Source: an uncultured Gemmatimonadales bacterium (GTDB taxonomy: Bacteria; Gemmatimonadota; Gemmatimonadetes; Gemmatimonadales; GWC2-71-9). From it: a stretch of 64,000 nt of DNA. A model generated the notes under the pieces. The model made no database searches, had not been told where the DNA came from, and worked only from the letters and a program-made list of their open reading frames with translations. The stretch covers positions 512,001-576,000 of the forward strand of contig CAWCFX010000004.1 in the NCBI GenBank assembly GCA_963795085.1, in the 5' to 3' direction. The position numbers were made by a program, and so were the translations under genes. This document shows positions 37,376 through 48,806 of this stretch, in pieces. The number at the start of each line of letters is the position of its first letter. The stretch's first letter is position 1.

Positions 37376-37503
37376 GGCTCAACACTTTTCCCCGGGACTG
37401 CTACTTTGAATCTCTGAAACGCAGTGGAATCTCCCGCCGTCTGACCGGTTACCTGGGCCCAGCTTTCCGGGGCCCGGCTCACTTTCACCGTGGACCTTCC
37501 TTC

Positions 37504-39128
37504 ATGACTGATCGCCGGGAATTTCTCAAGCTGGCCGGCCTCACGGCTGCCGCGGTCGCGGCGGACGGTGCGCTCCAGCGTGCCCTCGCTCAGGCCCGCC
37601 CCGCGGCACCCCGGGCTCCCACCATGGATCCCGCGACCCGGGAGCTGCTGATGGAGGCGCTCAACGCCGCCAAGCTATCGGGGGCGACCTACGCCGACGC
37701 CCGAATCGGCCGGCAGCGGCAGAGTTCGGTATCCACCCGCGAACGGCAGATCACCAATGTCTCCGACACCGAGACGATGGGCTGTGGCGTCCGCGCCCTG
37801 GTGGACGGCACCTGGGGCTTCGCGGCGACCCGCACCCTGACGAAGGAAGGCGTTGCCGTTGCCGCCCGCGAGGCCGCAGCCATCGCGAAGGCCAACCGGA
37901 TGGCCCGGGACCGCGCCGTGGAACTGCTCCCCTCGCCGGTCTACCAGGACGCCAGCTGGCAGAGTGCCTTCACTATCGACCCGTGGACCATCTCGGTCGA
38001 GGAGAAGGCCGACCTGCTGCTCCGGGCCAACGCCGAGGCGATCAAGGTGCCCAACGTCCAGTTCGTGAACAGCTCGCTGTTCTTGGTCAAGGACGAGCGG
38101 AACTACGCCAACACCGACGGCTCGGTCATCACCCAGTCGTTCATCCGGGTCTCGCCCAACTTCACCGCGACGGCGGTGGCGCCGGACCGCTCCGACTTCC
38201 AGCGCCGCTCGTCCGACATCGCGCCGATGGGCCGCGGCTGGGAGTATGTCCTCGAAAGCGACCTGGTGGGCAACGGGCCGGCAAGTGGGGCGAGGAGGCC
38301 GCCCAGAAGCTCTCCGCCACGCCCGGTGGAGGTGGGCCGCTACGACCTGATCCTGCATCCCTCGCACCTCTGGCTCACGATCCACGAGTCCATCGGCCAT
38401 CCCACCGAGCTCGACCGCGCCATGGGCTACGAGGCCAACTACGCCGGCACCAGCTTCATCGCGCCGCCGGACAAGATGCTCGGGCATTCTCAAGTACGGC
38501 CCCGAGTTCATGAACATCCAGGGCGACCGCTCGCAGGAGGGCGCCCTCTCCACGATCGGCTACGATGACGACGGGGTGAAGCCCGACGATTTCCTGATCG
38601 TGAAGAACGGCGTGTTCAACGACTACCAGACCACGCGCGAGCAGGCGCCCTGGCTCCGCTGGTGGTACGACCGGCAGGGCCAGCCCACGCGGTCGCACGG
38701 CTGCTCGTACGCCCAGAACTGGGCCAGTGTCCAGTTCCAGCGCATGCCCAACGTGTCGCTCCTTCCGGGCGAAGCCGACCACTCGTTCGAGGACATCATC
38801 GCCGCGACCGACCGCGGGATCGCCATCGTCGGCGACGGGTCATTCTCCATCGACCAGCAGCGCTACAACGCGCAGTTCGGCGGCCAGATGTTCCACGAGG
38901 TCCGGGGCGGCAAGATCGTCGGGATGCTGAAGGACGTGGCATACCAGATCCGCACGCCCGACTTCTGGAACTCGATGGACATGATCGGCGGTCGCCGGAG
39001 CTACCAGTTGGGCGGCACATTCTTCGACGGCAAGGGCCAGCCGGGCCAGAGCAACGCGCGTGAGCCACGGCTCGGTGCCGGCGCGCTTCCGCCAGGTCAA
39101 CGTGATCAACACCGGGAGGCGGGCATGA
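37504..39128 (+). CDS. tldD: Tat-exported TldD-family metalloprotease, four apparent indels
   Basis: DRREFLKL twin-Arg signal, GVRALVDGTWGFA, IHESIGH, GYDDDG, QRMPN; indels near 38277, 38326, 38485, 39059. Confidence 0.88.
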
Positions 39129-40464
39129 GCGCCGGCATTCTTTCCCGCGAGGAGGCCCAGGCCCTGCTCGCCCGGGTCATCGGATACAGCAAGGCGGAGC
39201 GGATCCAGGCCGGGGTTAACAGCGGCCGGACCGCCAACACCCGCTTCGCCGCCAACCAGCTCTCCACCTCCGGCAGCGTGGAGAACGCGTCCCTCTTCGT
39301 CCGCAGCTGGTTCGGGGCCCGCAACGCCGGCTCCTCGACCAACGACTTTTCGGAGGAGTCGCTGCGCCGGGTGGTGGCCCAGTCCGAGACCCTCGCCCGG
39401 CTCGCCCCCGACGATCCCGAGGACATGCCGCTCCTCGGCCCCCAGACCTACGCCCCCGTCAGCGCCTATTTCGAGAGCACCGCGAACCTGACGCCGGCCG
39501 ATCGCGCGAGGGCGGCGATGACAGCCCTGGAAGCGAGCCGGTCGGCCGGCGACCTGGAATCGGCCGGCTTCATCGTGACCGGCGCCAGTGCGTCCGCGCT
39601 GGCCAACAGCGCCGGACTCTTCGCCTACCATCCCAGCACCGTTGCCAATTACACGCTCACCGTGCGGACCACCGACGGCACCGGGTCGGGCTGGGCCGGG
39701 GCGGACCAGAAGGACTGGACCAGGCTCGATTTCAACGCGGTGAGCGCCCGGGCCATCGACAAGGCGCGGGCCTCCCGGAACCCGGTGGCGATCGAACCGG
39801 GGCGGTACACGGTCATCATCGAGCCGCAGGCGGTGGGCGACCTGGTCCAGCTCATCCTGGGCTACGCCAGCGCCCGCTCCGCCGATGAAGGACGCAGCCC
39901 CTTCGTCAAGGAAGGCGGCGGCAACAAGATCGGCGAGAAGATCCTGGACGAACGGGTCAGCCTGGTCTCCGATCCCACCGATCCCGAACTCCTGGCCCAG
40001 CCGTTCGACGGCGAAGGCCTGCCGCTGGGCCGCCAGGTGTGGGTCGACAAGGGTACCCTGCGGCAGCTTTCCTATACCCGGTTCTGGGCCAGGAAGCAGG
40101 GCAAGACGCCGACCGGCGGAGCCTCGTCGGTGCGGATGGAAGGCGGGTCCTCCACGCTGGAGGAGATGATCGCCTCGACCGAACGGGGGGTGCTGGTCAC
40201 CCGGCTCTGGTATCTCCGCGAGGTAGATCCCCGGACGATCCTGTACACCGGTCTCACCCGTGACGGGACCTTCCTCATCGAGAACGGAAAGATCACCCGG
40301 TCGCTCCGGAACTTCCGGTTCAACGAGTCGCCGCTCTTCATGCTGAACAACCTGGAGGCCCTGGGCCGCCCGGTCCGCCTGGCCGGCACCGAGGCGGGCG
40401 GAAACATCGTGATGCCGCCGCTCAAGGTGCGCGACTTCAACTTCACCAGCCTCTCCGAGGCGGT

Positions 40465-40468
<4 letters not shown>
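39125..40468 (+). CDS. TldE/PmbA-family partner subunit
   Basis: TRFAANQ, EPGRYTVIIEP, FDGEG, TGLTRDGTFLIENG, NFRFNESP; no HExxH; ATGA-coupled to tldD. Confidence 0.9.
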
Positions 40469-41432
<964 letters not shown>

Positions 41433-41436
<4 letters not shown>

Positions 41437-42380
41437 CTCCAATTCCTTCAATTCCTTCAATTCCTTCAATTCCCTCAATTCCCTCAATTCCCTCAATTCC
41501 TTCAATTCCCTCAATTCCCTCAATTCCCATGCTCCCCTACGGTCCCCTCCTCGACTCCCTCGCCGGCCTGCGCTGGCCCGCGCGGAGGGTGGCCGGAGCC
41601 GGTGCGTCGGGGATCCATCCATCCCGCCTGCGGGGAGCCACCTCGGATTTCACCGAGTACCGCCTCTACCGCCAGGGCGACGATTTCCGCCGGCTGGACT
41701 GGAAACTCCTGGCCCGGACCGACCGCGCCTACCTGCGCATCACCGACGACCACGCTGTTCGCACCACGCTGATCCTGCTCGATGCCTCAGCCTCCCTGGC
41801 CTTTCCCGCCGGGTCACTGGGCAAGTGGGTCCAGGCCCGCCGGGTGACGGTGGGATTGGCGGCGGTGGCGCGGAGTGGCGGAGACCCGGTCGGGCTGGTG
41901 GCGGCGGCCGCCCACGGGCTGGTCCGCCTGCCGCCCCGCTCCCGCCAGGGCACCATCGGGGAGATCGCGCGGGCCGTGGACGAGATCAGTCCCGCCGGCA
42001 GCACCGGCCTGGCCGGGGCGCTCGACCTGGTGCGCCCGGGGTGGCGCGTGGTAATCATCTCGGATTTCCTGGGAGACGAGGACGCCCTGCTGGCCGCCGC
42101 CGCGGCCCGCTCGGTGGCGGGGGCCGAGGTGTTTGCGCTGCATGTCGTGGCGGATGAAGAGACCGATCCGCCTGGCTCGGTGCGGCTGGCCACCGATCCG
42201 GAGCAACCCGGCCTGCAACGCGTGCTGCACGAGGAGGTTCGCGCCGGATACGTGGACGCCTTTGCGCAGTGGCGGTCGGCATTGGCGGGCCGCTGGCGCA
42301 GGGCTGGCCTCGAGTATGTCGAGATCCGCGACAGCGAGGACACCACCGCGGCCATCCGCAGGATCGTACGGCCGGCATGA
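41433..42380 (+). CDS. DUF58 (vWA-like) protein; start GTG 41433 or ATG 41529
   Basis: DFTEYRLYRQGDDFRRLDWK, DASAS MIDAS-like, ISDF. Confidence 0.9.
41440..41528. repeat. Nonamer tandem array (CAATTCCYT), 10 units, last partial
   Basis: Units phased every 9 nt from 41440 to 41521. Confidence 0.95.
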
Positions 42381-43549
42381 CGTTTCTCGTCCCTGCCTGG
42401 CTTGCGGGCACCGCCGTGCTGATGGCCGCCGTGCTGGCGCTCCACCTGCTGGCCCGGAGCCGGCCCCGGCCCGCGATGCTGCCGACGGCGCGGTTCGTCC
42501 CCGACCGCCCGGCAACCGCTACGGCCCTCGCGCGCCGCCCCGCTGATCTCCTGCTTCTGCTGCTCCGGCTCCTGGTCGTGGCCCTGCTGGGGTTGTCCTT
42601 TGCCCAACCGATCCGACCGGGCACCCGCACGGTGCGGCTGGTGTTGCTCGATTCAGCGCGTATCTCGCCGGCCCTGGATTCGGCGACCCAGGCACTGGTC
42701 AAGCAGGCGGATGCCGTCATTTCCTTCGGCACACCGGACCAGGGGGCGCTTTCCGCCGCCCTGGTGGCCGCGGTCCGGGCGGCATCGGCGATAACAACAC
42801 CGGGCGACTCGGTGCTGCTCGCCATCGTCTCGCCGTTTCCGGCCGAGGCATTCGACGCGGCCACCCAGCGCATTCGGCGGCAGTGGAAGGGACGCATACA
42901 CCTCGTCGTCCTCCCGCCCCGGGTCTTCGTTGCGAGATCGCAGCCGCCCCAGTTGGCCGCGGATGATCCGCTCGCCGCCACCCTGGCCGGCGGGAGTTTT
43001 CCCGCTCGGCTGGTTCGGGGCCTGCCGAGCGCCGCCGATTCCGCGTGGGCCCGGGAGGGCGGAGCCCTGGTCATGTGGCCCCGGACGCCCGCCCAACCCG
43101 ACGCGCCGGCCGCGAGCGGAGACACCGTGAACGGCGTCGCCATGTCTGGCATCGCGATCGTTGCCCGGTTCCGGCGCGATGCGGCGCCGCCTCCCGGGAC
43201 GGCAGTCGCCTTCTGGCTGGATGGCCAGCCCGCCGCTACCGCAGCCCCGCTGGGACAGGGATGCGTGCGCTGGGTGGCTGTCCCCGTGCCGGAAACCGGC
43301 GACCTGGTCCTCCGCGAGAGTTTCGTCCGGTTCGCGCGGCAGATGCTGCAGCCGTGCCAGGGCCAGCTGAGTTCCGGGCCGGCCGCGCCGCACCTGCTGG
43401 ATAGCCTGCGAGGTGGCCAGCTTGCCCCGGCCCACCTGGCCGGCAAGCGCAATGAGCGCCGGGTCCCCGCCAATCCCTGGCTGCTGCTCGGCGCCGCACT
43501 CCTCTACGCCGGTGAGCCGCTCCTGCGCCGGCGGGTCGTGGCCCGGTGA
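42377..43549 (+). CDS. BatA N-terminal double-transmembrane domain protein
   Basis: MTFLVPAWL..LALHLL..LPTARF..LLLLLRLLVVALLGLSFAQP; C-terminal TM ending EPLLRRR. Confidence 0.85.
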   Translation: MTFLVPAWLAGTAVLMAAVLALHLLARSRPRPAMLPTARFVPDRPATATALARRPADLLLLLLRLLVVALLGLSFAQPIRPGTRTVRLVLLDSARISPALDSATQALVKQADAVISFGTPDQGALSAALVAAVRAASAITTPGDSVLLAIVSPFPAEAFDAATQRIRRQWKGRIHLVVLPPRVFVARSQPPQLAADDPLAATLAGGSFPARLVRGLPSAADSAWAREGGALVMWPRTPAQPDAPAASGDTVNGVAMSGIAIVARFRRDAAPPPGTAVAFWLDGQPAATAAPLGQGCVRWVAVPVPETGDLVLRESFVRFARQMLQPCQGQLSSGPAAPHLLDSLRGGQLAPAHLAGKRNERRVPANPWLLLGAALLYAGEPLLRRRVVAR

Positions 43550-45510
43550 CCGCGTTCGAACGCGTCGCGGGTGCCGCCCGCCTGCTGGTGCTGGCCGCCC
43601 TGGTGCAGGGCTTCTTCTGGGCTGCCGCCGCCGGGCTCGGTGTGCTGGCTGTGTCGAGATTGCTGGCCGCGCTGGCCGGCCGGCCGGTCGCGACCCGCCT
43701 CCTTGAGGTTGGGATAGCGGTAGCCGCCGCGGTTGTCGCGCTGGTCGTCGTCTTCTGGCGAATCAGGAAAGCGGGGGACCGGCTGGAGGTTGCTCTCTGG
43801 ATCGAGGAACGGGTGCCCCGCCTGCGCTATGCGCTGGTCACCCTGCTGGCGGATCCCGGTCCGGCCCGTGCTGCCCTGGAGGCACGGGTGGCGGACACAT
43901 CGTGGGCCGGCCCGCTGCGCCAGATGTGGCTGGGGCGGCCGCTGCTGGCCCTCGCGATTGCCCTGGGGGCCGCTGCTTTGCTGCTGATTATGCCGGCGCC
44001 CAGGGATGCGGCTTCCACGGCGGGCCGGGCGCGCGGTGGAGAAACCGCTCCCAATGGCGACTCCGATCCCTTCCGGAGTTTTCGCGTCACTGTCACGCCG
44101 CCCTCCTACTCCGGGCTCCGGACGCAGGCGCTCGACCGCCCTGAGACGATCACGGCGCTCGCCGGCAGCGCCCTCCGCGTGGACGGAGATGGCTGGTCCA
44201 CGGCGGCGCGCATGCCGGATACCGCGACGGCGTGGTGGCTGGAGCAGGCGGGGCGCCGGCGCCTCCTGGCCCTGTTCCCGGTGCCGGATTCTGTCCCCTC
44301 GGTTGAACTGCTGGTGCCCCGGGGGGACTCGGTGCTCCGCGAAGGCAGCGGCACGCTCCCGCTCCAGGCGCGGGCCCGGGATGATTACGGGCTCGTCGAG
44401 ACATGGCTGGAATACATCGTGAGCGCGGGCGAGGGCGAGAACTTCACCTTTCGGTCCGGCGTGATTGGCCGCCGCCACTTTACGAATGCCCGGGGCGCGG
44501 AGATCACGGGCCGCCTGTCGCTCGACAGCCTCCGGCTGGCGCCCGGCAACATCGTGCATCTCCGGGCCGTGGCGCGAGACGGGAACCAGGCGACCGGGCC
44601 CGGCACCGGATATTCCGACACCCGGACGCTGCGTATCGCCCGGCCGGGTGAAGGGGACTCGGTCTCGGTGGGCCAGGTAGCGCCGGCCGCCGGCGATTCC
44701 TCGCTTCTGAGCCAGCGGATGCTGATCATGATGACCGAAGCGCTGGAGCGCCGCCGCCGCGCCATCGCGCGGGACTCGCTGGTGGCTGAGTCGCGCCGGA
44801 TCGCGGCCGACCAGGCGGCTCTGCGGCGGCGGGTCGCGGATATCATCTTCCTCCGGCTGGGCGGCGAAGGGAGCATGGAGGAAAGCGAAGATTCCGCGGA
44901 GCCGCTCACCCCGGAGGCGCTGATGGCCGCCGCGGCCGAGGCCTCTGGAGCGGACGGTGTTCCCCTGGACTTCAGCGGCGATGAGACCCCGGTGGTCGCC
45001 CTCAACCGGCCGCTGCTGGAGGCGTACAACGCCATGTGGTCGGCCGGCCGTGAACTCGAGATCGGGGCACCCGGGCGGGCGCTGCCCCACATGCGGACCG
45101 CCCTCGAGGCGATTCAGCGGGCTCGGCAGGCGGAGCGGATCTATCTTCGCGGCCGCTCGGCGCCCATGGTCATTGATCTCGCAAAGGTTCGGCTGGTGGG
45201 GAAGGTCGCCGATGCCGCGCCCGGGTCGCGGCGCCCGGTGCCGGCCGGGCTGCGAAGCCGGGAGACCCTGCTGCGCCGGTTCACCGGGTTGTTCGCGCGG
45301 CAGCCGGGGCCGGAACTTCTCGATTCTCTGCAGCTGCTTCGCATTGACGCGCTGGCCGCCGAACCGGCGTTTGCCGCGGCGCTGGGAGACGCGGTGGCCC
45401 GGCTCCGCGATGGGGCGGACGCGACCGATGCCTTGATCCAGGCCCGCCGTGCTCTGGCGGGTGCCGTCGAGACCGCGGCCGGCCTTCGGGACTGGGACGT
45501 GGCGCCATGA
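43546..45510 (+). CDS. Membrane protein with Ig-like and helical domains (DUF4175-like)
   Basis: N-terminal TMs, VTPPSYSG, ARDDYGL, helical C-terminal part. Confidence 0.75.
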   Translation: MTAFERVAGAARLLVLAALVQGFFWAAAAGLGVLAVSRLLAALAGRPVATRLLEVGIAVAAAVVALVVVFWRIRKAGDRLEVALWIEERVPRLRYALVTLLADPGPARAALEARVADTSWAGPLRQMWLGRPLLALAIALGAAALLLIMPAPRDAASTAGRARGGETAPNGDSDPFRSFRVTVTPPSYSGLRTQALDRPETITALAGSALRVDGDGWSTAARMPDTATAWWLEQAGRRRLLALFPVPDSVPSVELLVPRGDSVLREGSGTLPLQARARDDYGLVETWLEYIVSAGEGENFTFRSGVIGRRHFTNARGAEITGRLSLDSLRLAPGNIVHLRAVARDGNQATGPGTGYSDTRTLRIARPGEGDSVSVGQVAPAAGDSSLLSQRMLIMMTEALERRRRAIARDSLVAESRRIAADQAALRRRVADIIFLRLGGEGSMEESEDSAEPLTPEALMAAAAEASGADGVPLDFSGDETPVVALNRPLLEAYNAMWSAGRELEIGAPGRALPHMRTALEAIQRARQAERIYLRGRSAPMVIDLAKVRLVGKVADAAPGSRRPVPAGLRSRETLLRRFTGLFARQPGPELLDSLQLLRIDALAAEPAFAAALGDAVARLRDGADATDALIQARRALAGAVETAAGLRDWDVAP

Positions 45511-46118
45511 GCCGCTTCGTCTTCGCCACCGCGCAGTACGAGTCGGGCGACTGGGATTCGGCGCCGCTGGTGCCCGGCAATATCATCGACTCGGTGGCCC
45601 GCTACACCGCGATCGACGTGGCACCGTCCGGCGTTATCGTACCGCTGGGTTCGCCCGACCTGCTCCGCTATCCCTTCGTGTACCTGACCGGGCACCTCCC
45701 GGTCCGGCTGGACCAGGCCGAACGGCGAATGGTCCGGGCCCTGGTGGAGCGGGGAGGCCTGCTCTTCGTGGACGATCACAACCACGACGTGGACGGCGCC
45801 TTTCACCGCACCGTCACCGAGGAGATCGGCCGCGCCGTGGGACCGCTCAAGGAACTCCCCAACACCCATCCGCTCTATTCCGCCTTCTTCCGGTTTCCCG
45901 ACGGGCCGCCCACCACCAGCCACGAACTGAACGGCTGGGGCGACAACCTGGTGCACCCCCACCTGATGGCGGTCGAACGGGATGGGCGGATCGGGGTGCT
46001 CTACAGCAACAAGGACTATAGCTCGGAGTGGAGCTACCACCCCGAAACCAAACGGTTCCAGTCGGTGGACAACACCCGGTTCGGGGTCAACATCGTGGTC
46101 TATGCTCTCACCCGCTGA
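45507..46118 (+). CDS. DUF4159 family protein
   Basis: YESGDWD, YPFVYLTGH, GGLLFVDD, HPLY, GVNIVVYAL. Confidence 0.88.
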   Translation: MSRFVFATAQYESGDWDSAPLVPGNIIDSVARYTAIDVAPSGVIVPLGSPDLLRYPFVYLTGHLPVRLDQAERRMVRALVERGGLLFVDDHNHDVDGAFHRTVTEEIGRAVGPLKELPNTHPLYSAFFRFPDGPPTTSHELNGWGDNLVHPHLMAVERDGRIGVLYSNKDYSSEWSYHPETKRFQSVDNTRFGVNIVVYALTR

Positions 46119-47364
46119 CCGGGTCCTCGTGGAGCGGGTGCTCAGGGTGTGCGCGCTCGGCGCTCTTGCCTGGCTCATCATCGGCGCGTTCCGCGAGCGG
46201 CCGACACCCGGTGCCGTGACTGTCTCCGCGGACGTGGCCATCGCGTCGCTCGATCGTTGGGTGCGCCGGGCACCGGCGGAGACACTCGGGCTTCGGCTCG
46301 GCCAGGTCCCCAGCGTCGAGACCCGCGACTACCTGCGGGCCCTTCTCGCCAACGGCACCGCCCTCGCGTGGTCGAACGAGAGCATTGCCTCCATCATGCT
46401 GGACGCCGAGCCGCTGGCCGACCCTGCGGGCGGCGCCATCGCGCGAATCGCGGCGACCGGGGGATCTTCAGTTGTCCTGGGAGACAGCCTGGGAACGCTG
46501 GACAGCATCGAGTCCGTGGGGTCAGGTGCCACGGTGCGGCTCCCGGCAATTGCGGGCGGGTTGATGGCCCGGACCGGAGGGACGGTTGCCGCCCTGACGG
46601 TGTCGAGATACCAGGGGGACCGGTCGGCCGTGCTGCTGGGCATGGCAGGATGGGAATCGAAGTTTGTGCAGCGCGCTCTGGAGGAGCGGGGGTGGCGGGT
46701 GGAGTCACGCCTGGCGATCGCGCCGCGCCTGGCGACCGTGCAGGGTACGCCGCTTCCGCTGGACACCGCCCGGCACGCCGTAGTGATCGCGCTGGACTCG
46801 GTGGCGGGCGCCCATGGCCAGGAGATCCGACGCTTTGTCGAATCCGGGGGCGGCCTCGTCCTGGGAGAGGCCGCGGCCTCGGCCCTGCGGGCGTTGGCGC
46901 CGGGTGGCCGGGGGGCGCTGGTGCGCCCGGCCCCGGACGTGGCGGGAAGCGGGCGTGCGCGGCTGGATTTTCAGCGCCTGGATCCGCTTCGCGGAGGAGC
47001 CGCCGCGCTGGAGCGGCGGCGGGACGATGTTGCGGTGGCCGCCTGGCGGGTCGGCCGGGGCCGAGTGGTGCAGTCGGGATACCGGGATACCTGGCGCTGG
47101 CGCATGGAGGGGGGCGAATCGGCGGTGGCGGAGCACCGGGCGTGGTGGTCGGGGCTGGTGGCCGCGGCGGCCTATCGACCGTTGTCGGCAGCCGGCCCGG
47201 CCGGCAACCCCGCTCCGTTGGCGGCACTCATGGTCCAATGGGGGCCGCCGTCGCCGCTTCCTGTGTCCGGACGCGAGGCCGTGCTGTGGCCATGGTTGGC
47301 CGGACTGCTGGTACTGGCCGTGCTGGGCGAGTGGCTGTCCCGGCGGCTCCGGGGAACGGCGTAA
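46102..47364 (+). CDS. Membrane-anchored protein with a GATase-like domain
   Basis: WESKF, FVESGGGLVL, GRGRV, TWRWR, C-terminal TM ending EWLSRRLRG. Confidence 0.75.
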   Translation: MLSPADRVLVERVLRVCALGALAWLIIGAFRERPTPGAVTVSADVAIASLDRWVRRAPAETLGLRLGQVPSVETRDYLRALLANGTALAWSNESIASIMLDAEPLADPAGGAIARIAATGGSSVVLGDSLGTLDSIESVGSGATVRLPAIAGGLMARTGGTVAALTVSRYQGDRSAVLLGMAGWESKFVQRALEERGWRVESRLAIAPRLATVQGTPLPLDTARHAVVIALDSVAGAHGQEIRRFVESGGGLVLGEAAASALRALAPGGRGALVRPAPDVAGSGRARLDFQRLDPLRGGAAALERRRDDVAVAAWRVGRGRVVQSGYRDTWRWRMEGGESAVAEHRAWWSGLVAAAAYRPLSAAGPAGNPAPLAALMVQWGPPSPLPVSGREAVLWPWLAGLLVLAVLGEWLSRRLRGTA

Positions 47365-47382
47365 GGTCCGGGGCCTGAAGAG

Positions 47383-48516
47383 CTACAAGCCAGCTATCCC
47401 CTGGAAGAGGGCGACCTGGTGGTTGGCGGGTTTCCGCGCGGGCGCGCGATAGCGTTCTTCCCGGGTCCGGCGGAAGCCAAACTCGGCTTGGAGTTCCTGC
47501 AGACGCCGGGTCAGGGCGGCCTGGTACTCCCGCGACACGTAGTAACGGCTCTCGAAGTGGGCGTGGTAGCGGGCCGCCACCTCGGGGAACTCCGCTGCCA
47601 CGAAGGCGAGGAAGCGGGGGGCCAGGACTGGATCGAGCCGGAGCGCCGACCCGTGGACGTAGTATGCCCCCGCCTCCTTCGCAGCGGCGAAGAGAGCGGC
47701 CAGCCCCGGGCGATCGTCACTGATGCCGGGCAGGATCGGCGCCACCAGCAAGCCGGCGTGAATCCCCCCGTTTACGAGCGTTCTGAGCGCACGGAGCCTG
47801 GCCGCCGGAATGGGCGACCTTCGCTCCAGCCGCCGGGCCAGCGCGGCGCTGGCGGTGAGGAGCGAAATGTTGACGGTGACCTCGTGGATCCGGGACAGCT
47901 GCTGCAACAGCTCGAGGTCCCGGGTTACCAGCGGCGACTTGGTGATGATCCCGATCGAGAGCCCACGGTAGGACCGGAGCCGCTCCAGGATCTGCCGGGT
48001 GATCCGGTACGTCCGCTCGGCCGGCTGGTAGGGATCGGTGGCAGTGCCTATGACCAGCGAACTGTCCCGGAGCCTGGCGGGGTCCAGTGTTCTTGCCAGG
48101 ACCTCGGGTGCAGTGGCCTTGACGAGGATGTCCTTCTCGAAGGCCTCAAACTCACCGCCCGGCCCCCTCTCCGTAAGCGGGGAGGGGGAGCCGTTGGCCA
48201 TGGCTCTCTCGGTGGCGTAGCGATGGGTCTCCCGGGCGTAGCAATAGCTGCAGCCGAATTCACATCCGACGTAGGGGTTGATGGACCAGTAGCCCATACC
48301 CGTGGTGGCCGGCGTGTTGAGCACCGAGCGGACGTCCCACTCGATGAAGCGGGCGCCGCGCTGGCGCTGATCCAGGACGGAGAGGGCCGGCGGACCGGCG
48401 GACAGCAGCACCAGTTGCGCTTCGCTCGTGCCTCGCTTGGCTGGGGTGAGCACGGGAAGTTCGCGCCTGGCATGTTGTCCGTCGGAACGCCGAGCCGTCT
48501 CTCCGGCTAGCCACAT
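47383..48516 (-). CDS. Radical SAM protein, SplB/Rv2578c-like DNA-repair family; start uncertain
   Basis: INPYVGCEFGCSYCYA, GTATDPYQPAE, ITKSPLVTRD, APILPGISD. Confidence 0.9.
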   Translation of the reverse strand: MWLAGETARRSDGQHARRELPVLTPAKRGTSEAQLVLLSAGPPALSVLDQRQRGARFIEWDVRSVLNTPATTGMGYWSINPYVGCEFGCSYCYARETHRYATERAMANGSPSPLTERGPGGEFEAFEKDILVKATAPEVLARTLDPARLRDSSLVIGTATDPYQPAERTYRITRQILERLRSYRGLSIGIITKSPLVTRDLELLQQLSRIHEVTVNISLLTASAALARRLERRSPIPAARLRALRTLVNGGIHAGLLVAPILPGISDDRPGLAALFAAAKEAGAYYVHGSALRLDPVLAPRFLAFVAAEFPEVAARYHAHFESRYYVSREYQAALTRRLQELQAEFGFRRTREERYRAPARKPANHQVALFQGIAGL

Positions 48517-48674
48517 CTGCCCCATCCGCATTGCAGGCAGTGCACACAACCCGAGTTGCGCGCGATCGGCCCGGAGCAGTCGGGGCAGACGCGCACCAGG
48601 GCAATGAGCGCCGGTTTGATTTGCGGCGTGGGGGTGGCCGGGCGGGGTTCTTGGGGAGGGGGAAAGTGGAGCAT
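48507..48674 (-). CDS. 55-aa stand-alone Cys-rich zinc-ribbon protein
   Basis: Manual translation MLHFPPPQEPRPATPTPQIKPALIALVRVCPDCSGPIARNSGCVHCLQCGWGRCG*; lies directly downstream of a predicted promoter. Confidence 0.75.
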   Translation of the reverse strand: MLHFPPPQEPRPATPTPQIKPALIALVRVCPDCSGPIARNSGCVHCLQCGWGRCG

Positions 48675-48683
48675 GGGTCTGCC

Positions 48684-48738
48684 TTCGGCTTATGTTCGGT
48701 ACTACATCCGAATATACGCCGAACCTTTTGGCCGTCAA
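48684..48738 (-). promoter_or_regulatory. Sigma-70 promoter (TTGACG-N16-TATATT) overlapped by TTCGG-N6-TTCGG-N8-CCGAA-N6-CCGAA
   Basis: -35 at 48738-48733, -10 at 48716-48711; pentamers at 48684, 48695, 48708, 48719. Confidence 0.7.
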
Positions 48739-48806
48739 GAACACCGTGCAAGTCACTCCCACCCGCGCATCCCCGGTTCTCACGCCACCCGAACAGTGAG
48801 GACCGT

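Noticed and set aside
48517..48783. N-terminal extension of the radical SAM ORF to 48783
   Set aside because: It runs through the predicted promoter/operator and the Cys-rich microprotein frame, and looks non-coding
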